DNA of 63,356 nucleotides, the filler included, from Neolecta irregularis DAH-3 (taxonomy: Eukaryota), in NCBI GenBank assembly GCA_001929475.1. It is 15 parts of 15 records of this genome, joined end to end, with 100 filler letters (N's around TTAATTAATTAA, not from the genome) between each part and the next. Parts side by side here need not be neighbours in the genome. Positions count along the whole stretch, not along the records: positions 37,581 to 39,578 come from LXFE01002109.1; positions 39,679 to 40,782 come from LXFE01002116.1; positions 40,883 to 44,877 come from LXFE01002117.1; positions 44,978 to 47,311 come from LXFE01002124.1; positions 47,412 to 48,434 come from LXFE01002125.1; positions 48,535 to 50,252 come from LXFE01002128.1; positions 50,353 to 57,837 come from LXFE01002130.1; 8 more parts are not named here. One strand, 5' to 3'. Shown here in pieces: positions 39,415 to 51,407 of the stretch. The notes beneath the pieces are model-generated. The model made no database searches, was not told the DNA's origin, and saw nothing but the letters and a program-made list of their open reading frames with translations. Position 1 is the stretch's first letter; each line of letters opens with the position of its first letter. A program made the position numbers and the translations under genes.

Positions 39415-40336
39415 TGTGAATGAGGCGGGATATTGTGCGACCATGCATTTTATAGACAAAGACCCATCCAGTCTCGAACCGTATAGGCTGTCAAACAAAA
39501 GATTTGTTTTATACTTGGTTGTTCAATCATTGGTATCTGATTAGTTAGATACTATTTTCCATTTACTCATATCCGTAANNNNNNNNNNNNNNNNNNNNNN
39601 NNNNNNNNNNNNNNNNNNNNNNTTAATTAATTAANNNNNNNNNNNNNNNNNNNNNNNNNNNNNNNNNNNNNNNNNNNNATATTATATAATACAATTTTAA
39701 TTGCCGCAATATTATTGCAAGCCTTCTTCCCGTATTGGTAAGCGCGTGCCATAGGTATACGCTTACAATATCCGCTTCCCTTATATACTATACATAACTC
39801 CTTAAAAATATCCGATCACGTTGTAATGGAAATCATGATGTTGGCAAGTTCTCAGTCGTGGTAGGCAGCTTCAAAAACAACATATGAATCATATACATCA
39901 TCATCAAGATATAGATGACCGAATCAAATTATCTTTCTCTCTGATTCATTTGGATTGAATTCGCTTGGATCCTGTGTTTCTTTTATTTTGCTATCACGAA
40001 GTAGCGAATGCGCCTTTTAGCGAATGCGCCTTTTAGCGAACTGAACACCGTGCCAAGCCACATTCGTTGTAACCAGGTTCTACAGTACTCTAATTCTAAT
40101 GCCGCAAATATCCCTTCAAACCACTTGCCGTAATGGCAATAATATTACCTCTTATTCTTGCAATCTGTCTATGCAGTCAGAGGCTGTGTTTCCATATAAT
40201 TGGATTTACCACAAAAACTATTTTCGGGCATATGTCGCAAAATTATTTTTCTTTAACTAATTAGCGCCTTGTATTCGAGTAGCAACAAAAGTCTCCACAA
40301 ATGATACACAACACGCAACGTACAATAACTCACATA

Positions 40337-40672
40337 ATGTTACCAAACTTCTTCTTCATAATCGGACTTTATTCTTTTCTCTGTTCAGCAATAGAGCTCG
40401 AAGGTTTCAAAGACATTACAGGTGAGTTGAAACACTCTCAAGTTTTCTACCAAGGCATGTCAGCGAACTTTTACCTTCCAGAAAACATAGACGAGCTCGA
40501 AGGAATAAGCAAGTGTGCTGAAGCATGCCTTGACGCCAGATATTTGTGCAAAATGTTTATAGTAACCTCTTTGCCTCAAAATCACCTGGTTTGCATGATG
40601 TTTAAGATTCCAGCATCGCAATTAATCCCTGTATCTATAGGCACTTTTGGATCGTCTGTAATATTCGAGTAA
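40337..40672 (+). CDS. Small secreted Cys-containing protein (111 aa), PAN/apple-like Cys spacing
   Basis: Signal peptide MLPNFFFIIGLYSFLCSA; KCAEACL....LCKMF........VCMMF. Confidence 0.65.
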   Translation: MLPNFFFIIGLYSFLCSAIELEGFKDITGELKHSQVFYQGMSANFYLPENIDELEGISKCAEACLDARYLCKMFIVTSLPQNHLVCMMFKIPASQLIPVSIGTFGSSVIFE

Positions 40673-42464
40673 GTGCTTGCGACAAATGGTAAATATTCTT
40701 ATGTTCTAGGACTGTGGAACCAGAGCCAGTTGAACCTGTTATTGAGAGATTCTTTTACGATTATAAAATGTCGGAAAACGATNNNNNNNNNNNNNNNNNN
40801 NNNNNNNNNNNNNNNNNNNNNNNNNNTTAATTAATTAANNNNNNNNNNNNNNNNNNNNNNNNNNNNNNNNNNNNNNNNNNNNTCTTCTACAATGCCGTAC
40901 CCAGTTGGAATAGTGCACTTGTTCGATATGGTGCTCGGCTTGAGGAACCGCATCATTGCGAGGTCATACTGGAGGCCTTCTTTGTCAAAGAAACGTGCGA
41001 TCTTGACTGCGAAGTCTGTATCCTGCCCATCTTTGTCTTGAAGTACGAGAAAGTTGGCTTTGTCGCGTGAGGGGTTTTGGAGGTGGAGTCGACATTACTT
41101 CGAGATCTCACTTGGAGTAAATGGGACGTCTTCCATGATCAGTAGGTCAGCGATGGATGTTGAATATATCGGGAAAGTGAGTTAGAGAGGAAGTGGATGC
41201 GAACTTTGTTGAGGTCGAGCGACAAGAGGGTTGCATGTTTCGGCATGTGACTGGTATCGCATGTACACCTATGGACTTATATATCCACGTATTCAAGACG
41301 AGATTTGTCACACTTTGAAGCACGAGCCATAGCATCCATGTAGCATCCACAAGTACCGCAAAAAGGATCTTTCCTTGGGCAGTTCTCACTCGCCCGAAGC
41401 CAGATCGGGAAACACCCTTTTATAGAAACGTTAGCTGAGGCGACGAAATCAAGATGAAGCTCGATCGTATATACCCAGTGAAGCCTCCTGAGCGGCAAGT
41501 CCGGACACCCAACGCTCACACATTTTTTTTCTTTTCAACGCGTAACTACCCTAATAAATTAGCAAAATCGTCGAAGAAAGGTTCTGGAAGGATAGCGCTA
41601 CCATCTAGGACTGAGCGACATCAAAAACAAGACCACACCGGGGGTTCTACTCCCACCCGATGTATCCAGTCCCAGCAGCCCTCTCCACCCGCGGCACTGT
41701 CCCTCCCCTGGTGCCCTGTGCTGTTCCGCCAGCATCCTTACACACATATGCCGCACGCGTAGCGGTCTTAACAGACGGGTCGGGCTGAACGGGCGGGACG
41801 GGGGAGACTGGCGAGCGATTGCCATTACGGTACCAAAACATTCGTTTTCAATATTACTGAAGTTGTTTTCACCAAGTCCCGCTAGAGATATATAGCTGCG
41901 ATTAAAACATCAAGCTATTTTGTATATAACTATTGATTGATTCTATTCACTTTTATATGATCTAGCTGGCCCGTGGGCTGGGCTAAGCCCATGACCCATC
42001 CCCAAGTCTGATTTCAATAGCATATTGGGTTAAGATTCTCACTTTCCAAGATATCATAGCTTGCCAGAACTTGTAGGGCTATTTAATGTAAGTATGTTGC
42101 ACGCAATCACAATTTTGACAATCGCTCTACTGTGTCACGTGACCAACGCCGAATCTTGCGAGCAGAATATCAAGCAAATGGAAATCATTCTATAGTTATA
42201 CAACCAACCAACGTATTCAAACGAAAAAACAAATATCAGGATCAGAGTTTAAAGGTGAAACTAATGTCTTCCAAAAAACGTGATTCAAGAAAGTCAAAGG
42301 GTCACCTTTGGGGAAGCACACAAGAACACTTAGTATTCAAACCACATCATAGGAAAATATAATTTCTACAAGCAGATGCGCCTTGATGAGGGCTTTCCAG
42401 TGGTACTAAAATCCTTGAGATTGGAGTGCTGGAAGATGCAAAAACCGTATTTAAAGTAAAAATT

Positions 42465-42540
42465 CAATAGGATTGATGAAACCTTCAATCAATCAATCCA
42501 TGGGCCTTGGATTGGGATTGATTGATTGATGGAGACACTG
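42465..42540. mobile_element. ATCAATC-repeat transposon/MITE terminus
   Basis: Ends GATTGATGGAGACACTG, nearly the reverse complement of CAGTGTGTCCATCAATC at 44671. Confidence 0.55.
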
Positions 42541-42870
42541 GTATCATACTCATAGCATGTGAGCTTAGACTAAGATATGTGAGCACAGCCTTTATATGCA
42601 TTTCTATCTAATGTCCCTTATATCTTTATCCACCACCTACTGCATTGGTATGGGTATATCCTGGGTAATATCTGGGTATACCCTTACATTCAGGATGTGA
42701 CAAAAGGTTCATTTCCGAAGATTCATCATGCAGATGAGAAAATCAAGAAATGAAACATTGTTTACATTAACAGTAACTTGTAGAAGCTACACTAATATTG
42801 CTACAAAACTCTATTGTCTATTCTAAATCTCTTCTTGATAAATGGATATGTTTCTCACACCATATTCGGA

Positions 42871-44164
42871 TTACATCTGGATTGTCATATCGCTGAAATT
42901 AGAACAGCTTGCACATGAACATACCGTGTTCCGTGCAATCTTTTGAAGCTCCCTTTTGACCTTCTCCAATGCACGGGAATCATTTCCTGTAGGAGTTTCA
43001 GGGGTGAGTTTCAACTTGGAGGTCAGATTCATATCAAAGGATAGCTTAGATACAAAAGCTGTCAAGGAACATTCTGCAATGCTTCGTCTATTAGAAACGG
43101 CAGGTACGCTTTGAGCAGGCACATCCGGGCCCTGTCTGTTCACCCATTTCCCGGTATTTATAAGACTAATGATTCCCTTAAAATTGGGGCCATGGGCGAA
43201 TTGATTATTGTCGGGAACTTTTTCATAAACCCAATCTGAAATGAGAGACAAATCGATATTTGGTTGTTGATTGCGAGATTCCTTGCTGTCAAATTTCATT
43301 AAAAATGGCTCTGTATACCTGAAAATGAAGTAAATCTGCCCTTGTAAGCTTGGCAAGGGACTGAAAATCGAGCTCCACTTCATTGGGTCGGACATTCGTT
43401 ACTTGCAAGACGGGTTGTAACTACAATTCGTCAAAGAGAATTTTGAAGTATCGCACCAAATATCTGACAGCATTTATGAGGTTTACTCTTCGTTCGCGAA
43501 TTCCGCAGGTTAACACTGGCTTTGAGGTCCTTTTTGAGACACCCAACTGTTTACCAGCGAGGATATCTCGAAGGTTTTGAATATGAGCGCGTGTCGGTTT
43601 CCGAATAGGGCGCTTTGCCGCACTTGTAGTGGAACTCCTTGTCGCATGGGCTGGTCGTACACGTTCAACTGACAGGTTTTGCATTGAACGCAAGCGATTG
43701 GCCCGTCTCAATGGAATCCGGGGTGTCTTTGATTCATCAGAACTCGATTCTTCTTCGGACTGAATATTGTAATCGTCACTTTCAGATTCTTCCTCGGCAG
43801 ACGTAATGGTGTTTCGGACCTCGGGGAAAAGACTCGGCCGATATTGATGAGGTTTACGTAATCCCCCAGTCTTGTCACCACCAGTCGTTGAATGAATCCG
43901 GCGTGTCTTCGACTCATCAGAACTCGAGAACTCAATGTTGCAATCGTCACTTTCGGAATCGCTGCTGCAAAACTTCGGCTTATAGCTATGAGGTGCACGT
44001 ATTTTCCCAGTGTTATCAAAGTTTGGTTTATATTCCCTAGGAATACGTAATCCCCCGCCACCACTCGTTGAACGTCCCTGGGTTTTCTCATTCACTGACA
44101 CTGCAAGCAGCACATGTGATAGAATCACAGTGTGAAACAGCACGGCACTTTTGTCAGCCGGCAA
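42871..44164 (-). CDS. Hypothetical protein(s) with internal tandem duplication
   Basis: Two adjacent long ORFs (247 and 174 aa). GGLR.P..Y.P and ESDD.NI...SSSDESKT.RI each occur twice. Confidence 0.45.
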
Positions 44165-44670
44165 AAATTGAAATAAGCGTACAAATTTCTAAGATTCATC
44201 TCAAGAGTAAAAAGATTGCTAAGAGCAAATTCAAATTTTAAAAGCGCAGACAAAATCAAGAGATTATTTTGCGGTTGTCAATAGAACAAGTGAATTTATG
44301 TCAAATGTTCTCGGCAGATATAGTCTCACGGGACCGTTGACCGGATAGCGATGGTTATTGGTATTCCTACAAAGGCGATCTAGCCCTCCTTTTAAAGACA
44401 TTTCTAGCAAAGCGCACATGTGAAACAGTCGGAGCAAATAAAAAAGTCAGTTGAGACAAAAGAATGGACATACGTCCGCTGCGACAAGAGGTGAGTCATG
44501 ACCTTGTAAAAATATCGGATGAGACAAAAGGAGAGACAGGCATAAGTAAATCCGTTGAGAAAAGAGGACAGCTGTGGGCACTATCAAGTCCCACCGCCGC
44601 TTAACACTGTATAATATACGAACTGTTATCACCAGACTTGCTAATAAGTAAAACTTTCAAGTAGAGTAAG

Positions 44671-44776
44671 CAGTGTGTCCATCAATCAATCGGATTATCA
44701 ATCCAAAAAATATCTTCAATCAATCAATCCATCCTCATGGATTGATTGGACCGATTGGACCGATTGATCACATGTA
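44671..44776. mobile_element. CAGTG-ended MITE-like palindromic element
   Basis: CAGTGTGTCC followed by ATCAATC repeats and inverted GATTGG/GATTGA repeats. Confidence 0.55.
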
Positions 44777-46192
44777 CTCTTTTTTTTAATATATTTACAT
44801 CAACCAAAATAGAAGTTAGACATGTAGATGAGATTTTAAGATTATTAGGGCAGAGATGGACAGGGCAGGAATAGTATNNNNNNNNNNNNNNNNNNNNNNN
44901 NNNNNNNNNNNNNNNNNNNNNTTAATTAATTAANNNNNNNNNNNNNNNNNNNNNNNNNNNNNNNNNNNNNNNNNNNNAGGTTGGTGGAGGACGGTCACAG
45001 ATTTGGTGGTGAAGTTGGGCGATTCCACAGGTGGGACAGAACAACTGTATAATACTACGAACGGTTATTACTATTAACGACCCTCGCCTATTATACGAAC
45101 TTAAGACTCAGCGGAGTATAGACCACAGAGGTCAAGTAGTTACAGAGCATGTCACCTGCCGTATCAGATCCAACACTAAGTTACTCGTGTAATGCAGATA
45201 CTGAATGTCACTTTTTGAGTCTATCTTTTCTTCGTCATAGCTTAGATGATGTTAATTGCACTCAGGGACATTCTGGTTGATGACAGTTTAGCGTAGAAGC
45301 ATCAAATGAGAAATTTTTACATCATCTGATGCATTGCCTTGAAACGATAATAGTTGAGTAAGAATTGAGTGAATAGGCTTGATATGTATTGATCAATCAT
45401 ATGCATGTGCTGTAATAGTTAGCAATGTAAGATTTTTCGCATTTCACTTGTCTCTGATTCAGATATTTCTCTATTGCACCTCGCCTAATGTAGCTGGTTC
45501 CAAAATATCGCTGCTCTTCTTTGCTCTGCCTTTCCAAACACTTGTATAAGTAACTGTCTGGATCGATGGCTTAATTAGCCATTGTCGGGATGCACATGCA
45601 TTTATTACTAGATACATTGATAACGTTTGCTTGCTCGATCGCTCTCCATCTCCGGTGCTTATCTCATTACTAATCTGCGGTGCCATTTGCTCCGCGTTTA
45701 GGGTCGACTAATTTCCGGTGAAATAAAATTAAGCGAGATAAGGAGTTTGATGAGCTCAGGGCCCTATCGCCGCGGGACCACAGCGGGCAATTAAACCGTC
45801 CAATCTTGCATAAACAAAAGTAAAGGAGAGCATATTGTGGACAAAAATATAACATAGACCCAATGAGCCCTAATCCTTGTATCCGCATCACATGAACAAT
45901 CAAGGGCCCAATGCACAATATCAGACGATCTGTTTCTCGCAAACCTACAGTTTAGATTATGGCTCTTAGGCACCTGTAAAGAGCAAATCACTCATTCCAA
46001 TGACCATGCTGAGACCACAATGAAACACGTAAACCTGTAAGTGGGCTCGTGAACCCCTTACTCAATAATATCGCGGAAGGGAGAACGGTTTCATTGTTGT
46101 ATCCTCAGTAGCTCAATAATCCATTTCGGCTGAATTCATACAAGGTATAAAATCTGAGCCTGTCAAGGCATTCCGACTAACTTTCTTTTCAA

Positions 46193-47091
46193 ATGCTAAT
46201 CCATTCAACTTTCCTTTATATCACTACTTCCTTTACCTTGGCAGCTTGCATTCCTAGTCAAAAATGCGGTCAATATGATGAAATTCATATCGGGGATTAT
46301 TTAATTGGTATTCGGCATCCCGACCTGACTGATGAGAGATAACAACCTCTGGGGCGAAAATGGCTTCAGCGGTACCCAGTGCATCACAGCTGATAACTCT
46401 CAAACAAGTCCAATTTCCTGGGCTAGTAACTGGAATTGGACTGGCGGTCCAAGGTTTGTAGCTTTCCTCGTCAATGCTGATCTGAAGCCAGGTGAAATCG
46501 TATGCGAATTCTAAGGTTACTACGAATCTTCCCATACTAGTCTCCAATATCCACTCAATAAAATCCTCATGGAGTTGGAGGTATCACTCCTTCTATTCAT
46601 TAATATCTTGATGACTGTCAGTTACTCTGAAACAGATATAGTGGCAGATGTAGCCTATGATCTCTTTCTCGGACCCAAGTCGGATAGTAAATACGATTTT
46701 GAAATCATGATCTGGTATTTATCGCCTTAAGTTGAATATCCTGAAAATTTTCCAGGCTTGCAGGTTTTGGGGAAATGGGTCCATTGGGGTCTTCTATCGA
46801 CAAAAATATCACACTTGCCGGGCACAGTTGGACACTTTTCTACGGAAAGAGTGATCATACAGTTTATTCTTTCGTAAGAGAAGGCAACGATATTCCAGTT
46901 TTCGAGGAGGACATATATGGGTTCGTGAAGCACTTGGTAACGAACGGAGCTCTACCGAGTAATTATTACTTGGTCTATCTAGGAGGTATTCCCTTTATTT
47001 TACAACGCGAGCTAATGCAATAGCCGGAACGGAGGCAATCTCAGGAAATGCATATTTCCAAACAACCTCTTACACAGCCAGCATATTGTAG
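46193..47091 (+). CDS. Secreted glycoside hydrolase family 12 endoglucanase/xyloglucanase
   Basis: Signal peptide, CGQYD, NNLWG..SGTQC, VKSYAN, ADVAYDLF, EIMIW|LA (nucleophile Glu) and AGTE (acid/base Glu). Five introns. Confidence 0.93.
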
Positions 47092-47249
47092 ATCAATTGC
47101 AGGGTTATTTCTATTTAGACAATTCACATTCTTTGCAATAATTGATTGGCTAAATATTACACCCTCATATTGTAGATCAATTGCAGGGTTATGTGTATTT
47201 AGACAATTCACATTCTTTGCAATAATTGATTGGCTAAATATTACACCTG
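47082..47249. repeat. 84-nt near-perfect tandem duplication spanning the GH12 stop codon
   Basis: CATATTGTAGATCAATTGCAGGG...TATTACACC at 47082 and 47166. Confidence 0.9.
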
Positions 47250-47474
47250 TGGCACCGCTGACGGGATATTGACTGCCACATCAAAATTCAACTCAAAGTC
47301 GTCAACCCACTNNNNNNNNNNNNNNNNNNNNNNNNNNNNNNNNNNNNNNNNNNNNTTAATTAATTAANNNNNNNNNNNNNNNNNNNNNNNNNNNNNNNNN
47401 NNNNNNNNNNNAAGTTGAAATCAGTTTAAAATGCATCCATGTCAAATGTATCAAGTCGAAATCAAGTTTCTAAA

Positions 47475-48262
47475 TCACAAACTCGATGACAAAATCATCG
47501 GTGCGGAAATCTCTTGTCGTTTCTCTCTCCCAGCCAAAACCTCTACAATCATTAGAGAAAAAAGCATCGCGGTTCCAGGCCTAGTAATCAAAAGAAATCA
47601 CTGTCAAATCCCTACCCTTGCGAAGTAACTAAATTCCTATCAACCACAACCCTCTCATCCACATAGTCGAAATCTAGAGTATTAAACCTAATTCAAGGAT
47701 ATCCTACCTGTTGTCAATTCTTCCAAAACACTGGGATGACCAGTAATTTTTCCCCCTTTATGAACTCTGCTCATCTTCGCAACCAACGAACCTAAAACCG
47801 TCAACCCCATTTCCTTATCAATCTCACCTGCACAAATCATTCCAATAATCTTGTTATCATTATACATATGCCGAACCGTAAACAAAACACTCTCTGATGA
47901 ACAAAACTGTCGGGCGCCCTTGATTCCACCAGGTACCACCAACGCATCAAACTAATCCCAGATCGATATCCAGTTACCACAGGCAGTTACCATATCGATA
48001 TTCAATTTAGAAAAATCAGGTACATCAGGAATAATCTTCATCCCTCGAGAACATCTATCTCGTTACACCATAAAGAAAAAGGATGGTTCGTTGCGTATTG
48101 GTTTAGGAGGTTTACCCCGGCACAAGTTACTTTGAATCCAGCCCGTACAAAAACATCAAACGCAGTCGAAAATTCAATCTCCTCGGATCCATCTAGCCGT
48201 TATTCATATCAGCAGCAGCAGTATGGCTATATACCCGCGATAAGAAGTAAAATCAAAGTCAT
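47475..48262 (-). CDS. DJ-1/PfpI family glyoxalase/deglycase
   Basis: LIA|DGSEEIEF, CSRGMKIIPD, FDALVVPGG, MICAG, ITGHPSV and RVVVDRNLVTSQG|PGTA. Six introns. Confidence 0.9.
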
Positions 48263-48534
48263 GAGAAAATGTCGAGAAACGCAGAAGAGTGGGGTAACGT
48301 CGGAAATTACGTCGCCCCTCATATTATGAGCTTGTTAATATCACACCCACGCGAAATTATTTATGAATGAATACTAGTTTACGTGCTAACCATTCGTCCA
48401 TTCTACAAAATTCCTGCTTTTTGCGAGTTGGTTANNNNNNNNNNNNNNNNNNNNNNNNNNNNNNNNNNNNNNNNNNNNTTAATTAATTAANNNNNNNNNN
48501 NNNNNNNNNNNNNNNNNNNNNNNNNNNNNNNNNN

Positions 48535-49260
48535 GACGGAATGAAAAAATGGAACCATTCTCGAAAATCTTTGTTCTACGTTATAAACAAGAAAGGCGGT
48601 TTAGACATGAAACTCAAAATTTCACCATTCTACTGTTTTCACACAATCAATGCTTACGAGGAGGACGATAACATTTTTCTTGATTGCGTGGTCTACGAAG
48701 ACCATTCTATTATCAAAAGTCTTTACGTAAAAAGACTTTGTTCAACTTCTGCCACCGACCACGAGCAAGGATTGGAGGGAAGTATACGGCGGTATGTAAT
48801 CAACCGCAAGGAGAAGTCAATACGAGAAGAGTTCACCTTGCCTGCACAGGGAATGAATCTTGAATTGCCAGTTATCAATCCCGCATACAAGTGCAAAAAA
48901 CATCGGTACCTTACCCATTCTCTATCCACCGACCTAGCTAAATATTTCAGGTTTGTCTACGGAATCCATACCACCAGAGCATCGTCCTTCTTTGACGCAA
49001 TTATCAAGGTCGATATCGAATCCAGAATCTCACAGACATGGTCAATTCCAAAGGGTACGCCATCAGAGCCGATTTTTATTGCTCGGCCTGATGGAACTTC
49101 TGAAGATGATGGTGTATTGCTCACCGTCGTTCTCGATGGGCAAAAGCGGAGAAGTATGATGATTGTGCTTGATGCAAAGGATTTGAAAGAAATTGCCAGG
49201 GCTGAAATGGAGTTAGTTGTTCCCTTTGGATTTCATGGTGCGTTTGTTGGGAGATCTTGA
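48535..49260 (+). CDS. Carotenoid cleavage oxygenase (RPE65 family), 3' part
   Basis: FYCFHTINAYEE, LELPVINP, PSEPIFIARPDGTSEDDGVLL and VPFGFHG. 5' end lost in gap. Confidence 0.92.
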   Translation, partial: DGMKKWNHSRKSLFYVINKKGGLDMKLKISPFYCFHTINAYEEDDNIFLDCVVYEDHSIIKSLYVKRLCSTSATDHEQGLEGSIRRYVINRKEKSIREEFTLPAQGMNLELPVINPAYKCKKHRYLTHSLSTDLAKYFRFVYGIHTTRASSFFDAIIKVDIESRISQTWSIPKGTPSEPIFIARPDGTSEDDGVLLTVVLDGQKRRSMMIVLDAKDLKEIARAEMELVVPFGFHGAFVGRS

Positions 49261-49263
49261 ATT

Positions 49264-50065
49264 TTATTTTTGGTGTACGTTAGGGTGTAGTCTAGTAAGT
49301 ATCCTGTAAGCTTTATGTACAATCAAATATCGTCGGGGAGGTGATTCTCTTTTTCCATCCAATAATAATATTTGAATTACATGACCATGGTCAATATCTG
49401 TTTCAGACAGAGCGAACTGTGTTAGCACTGGCACTTTCACCAAAATAGGATCCCTAGGTGGGAAGTTTTCAGAGTAACTTATGATAGAACTGGACGTCGA
49501 ATATAGTTTGAAAAGTAAAAGCTTCCAAGTGACTTCGGCAATCTTCTGGATGGAATATGAAACGCTGACCATAACACGGCCGTTCTGGAAATTTGGAGCG
49601 AAGAAAAGAGGTTGCGGCAGCTTTGAGATTATTATCTCCCCTCTGGCGAACGATCGGAAAATTAACTCTGATTTGTTATTCCAAGCGACTCTCTAGACGA
49701 GAGGAACTACCTTGTTTTGATGTCCCATCCGGGGAATAAGAAAAGGAAAGGCGAATGAGAAAAGAAACGCCGAAACTAAATGCCACAAGCCAATTGGTCG
49801 CATTCTCAACGGAGAATGTTATAGACGGCCGAACACTGCCCAAAGGGTCCTAATGCTGGGGTGGGATGAGCGCATGATGTTGGGGGTCGGTGCTGAGGTA
49901 GAGAGAGGCTGGTACAGATGGAGGTGAAAGAGGTAGAGGATGGTGAAAGTGGTAGAAGATGGTGATAGATGCAATGAGAAAGGAGAGAGCGAGGACGGCG
50001 GTATACGGAAGAAAGTGAGAGTGAGACTTCTTTGCGATGCGTTTTTCAGGGAGGAAGACCAGCAA
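49264..50065 (-). CDS. Hypothetical membrane-anchored protein
   Basis: N-terminal TM-like YTAVLALSFLIASITIFY, with same-strand downstream ORFs probably joined by introns. Confidence 0.3.
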
Positions 50066-51407
50066 TTTATTTAGCTATATTGCGCGGCAATCTTCTCAGT
50101 GGAATTTGAAGACGTTTAGAGGAAGGAATCCAGCAGTTTATTTAGGTATGGGACGCGGCGGTCTTCTAGTGGGATTTGATACACTTTTAAGCTCAACACC
50201 GATTTAAGCGACACCCCCCTTTACGCGACACCTCGCCAAAAAAAAACGTAAANNNNNNNNNNNNNNNNNNNNNNNNNNNNNNNNNNNNNNNNNNNNTTAA
50301 TTAATTAANNNNNNNNNNNNNNNNNNNNNNNNNNNNNNNNNNNNNNNNNNNNTTGGAAATGTGTGGGAAATCGGGTTAGCTTGTCATACATATGTTGACC
50401 AGAATAAGTTGAAATATGATTTGTAGGAGCTCTAGTAGTTCCAGACTTTATTGTATCACTGCTTAATTACTCACTTTTCATCTTGCATCTACAGAAATTG
50501 GGTCCACAACCTTTTGACTTGACCGGTTCATGCGACTGTTCTGCTCTGGCACACTATTCATTTTTGGAGAACTCCATTCACCCTTCTCCAAGCTTGGACA
50601 GCAGCTACATCTTATGCAAATTTCATTCACTCGGTGTTCAACAATATCTACCAAAACTTTTTAAGCTAACGGATCGTATCACGTGAAAACGAAATCGTGA
50701 GTAAGGATCACTTGATGAACTATCGTAAATCATCTCGAACAACGCGAGGTTATTGATATTCTAAGACCCACCTTTCTTCCAAGCCAACCATCAATAGAAT
50801 TTTCATAGCACATGTCTTCAGCCCGTTGCCCAAACAATGATATTTACTAAACGCAGAAGGAATACGCGATGAGATGAGTAAGACTGACGGGATGAAGTGG
50901 TTTTTTTTCCTGAGCGAAGGAATTAGCGTAGCTGTTCAAGAGACATTTAACTATTGGCCATTGCCCTGCATATTGAAATCCCGAAAATCTGTGATGCCAT
51001 TATCACTGTCAATAATTAGATGGAAAATGTTGAAACATCATGAAGAGTATCAACCAATGCCCACTCAATCCCGCTTAACTATGTTCTATTTTATGTTGCC
51101 CTTCGATAATGTCCCAATAAAACTTAGCTGAGCAGCCAGTATACATCCTAATACAATCATAGGAATATTCACCGGTGAAAAATATCGCCCTCGACGCCAT
51201 CCTATTTCTTGAGCTTGAAGGAAATACTTTGTTGGAGAGTAATTACTATGCAAGTAAGCATCGTGATATATAGAGCCAATTATTATAAACAACCATTTAA
51301 ATATGCCAGAAATATCAAAAGAAACACAATGAACTCTTAAATTTCAATAAGAAACGACACCATCAACTCCACAGCCCACCTCTACGTGAAGAAAAAAGAG
51401 ATACAGA

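Noticed and set aside
40883-41135. Kinase-like FAVKIARF fragment on the minus strand
   Set aside because: In-frame stop upstream, truncated by a gap, and no other kinase motifs.
41400-41530. Possible ncRNA or hammerhead ending ACATTTTTTTT
   Set aside because: No complete CUGANGA/GAAA core and no match to remembered snRNA or snoRNA motifs.
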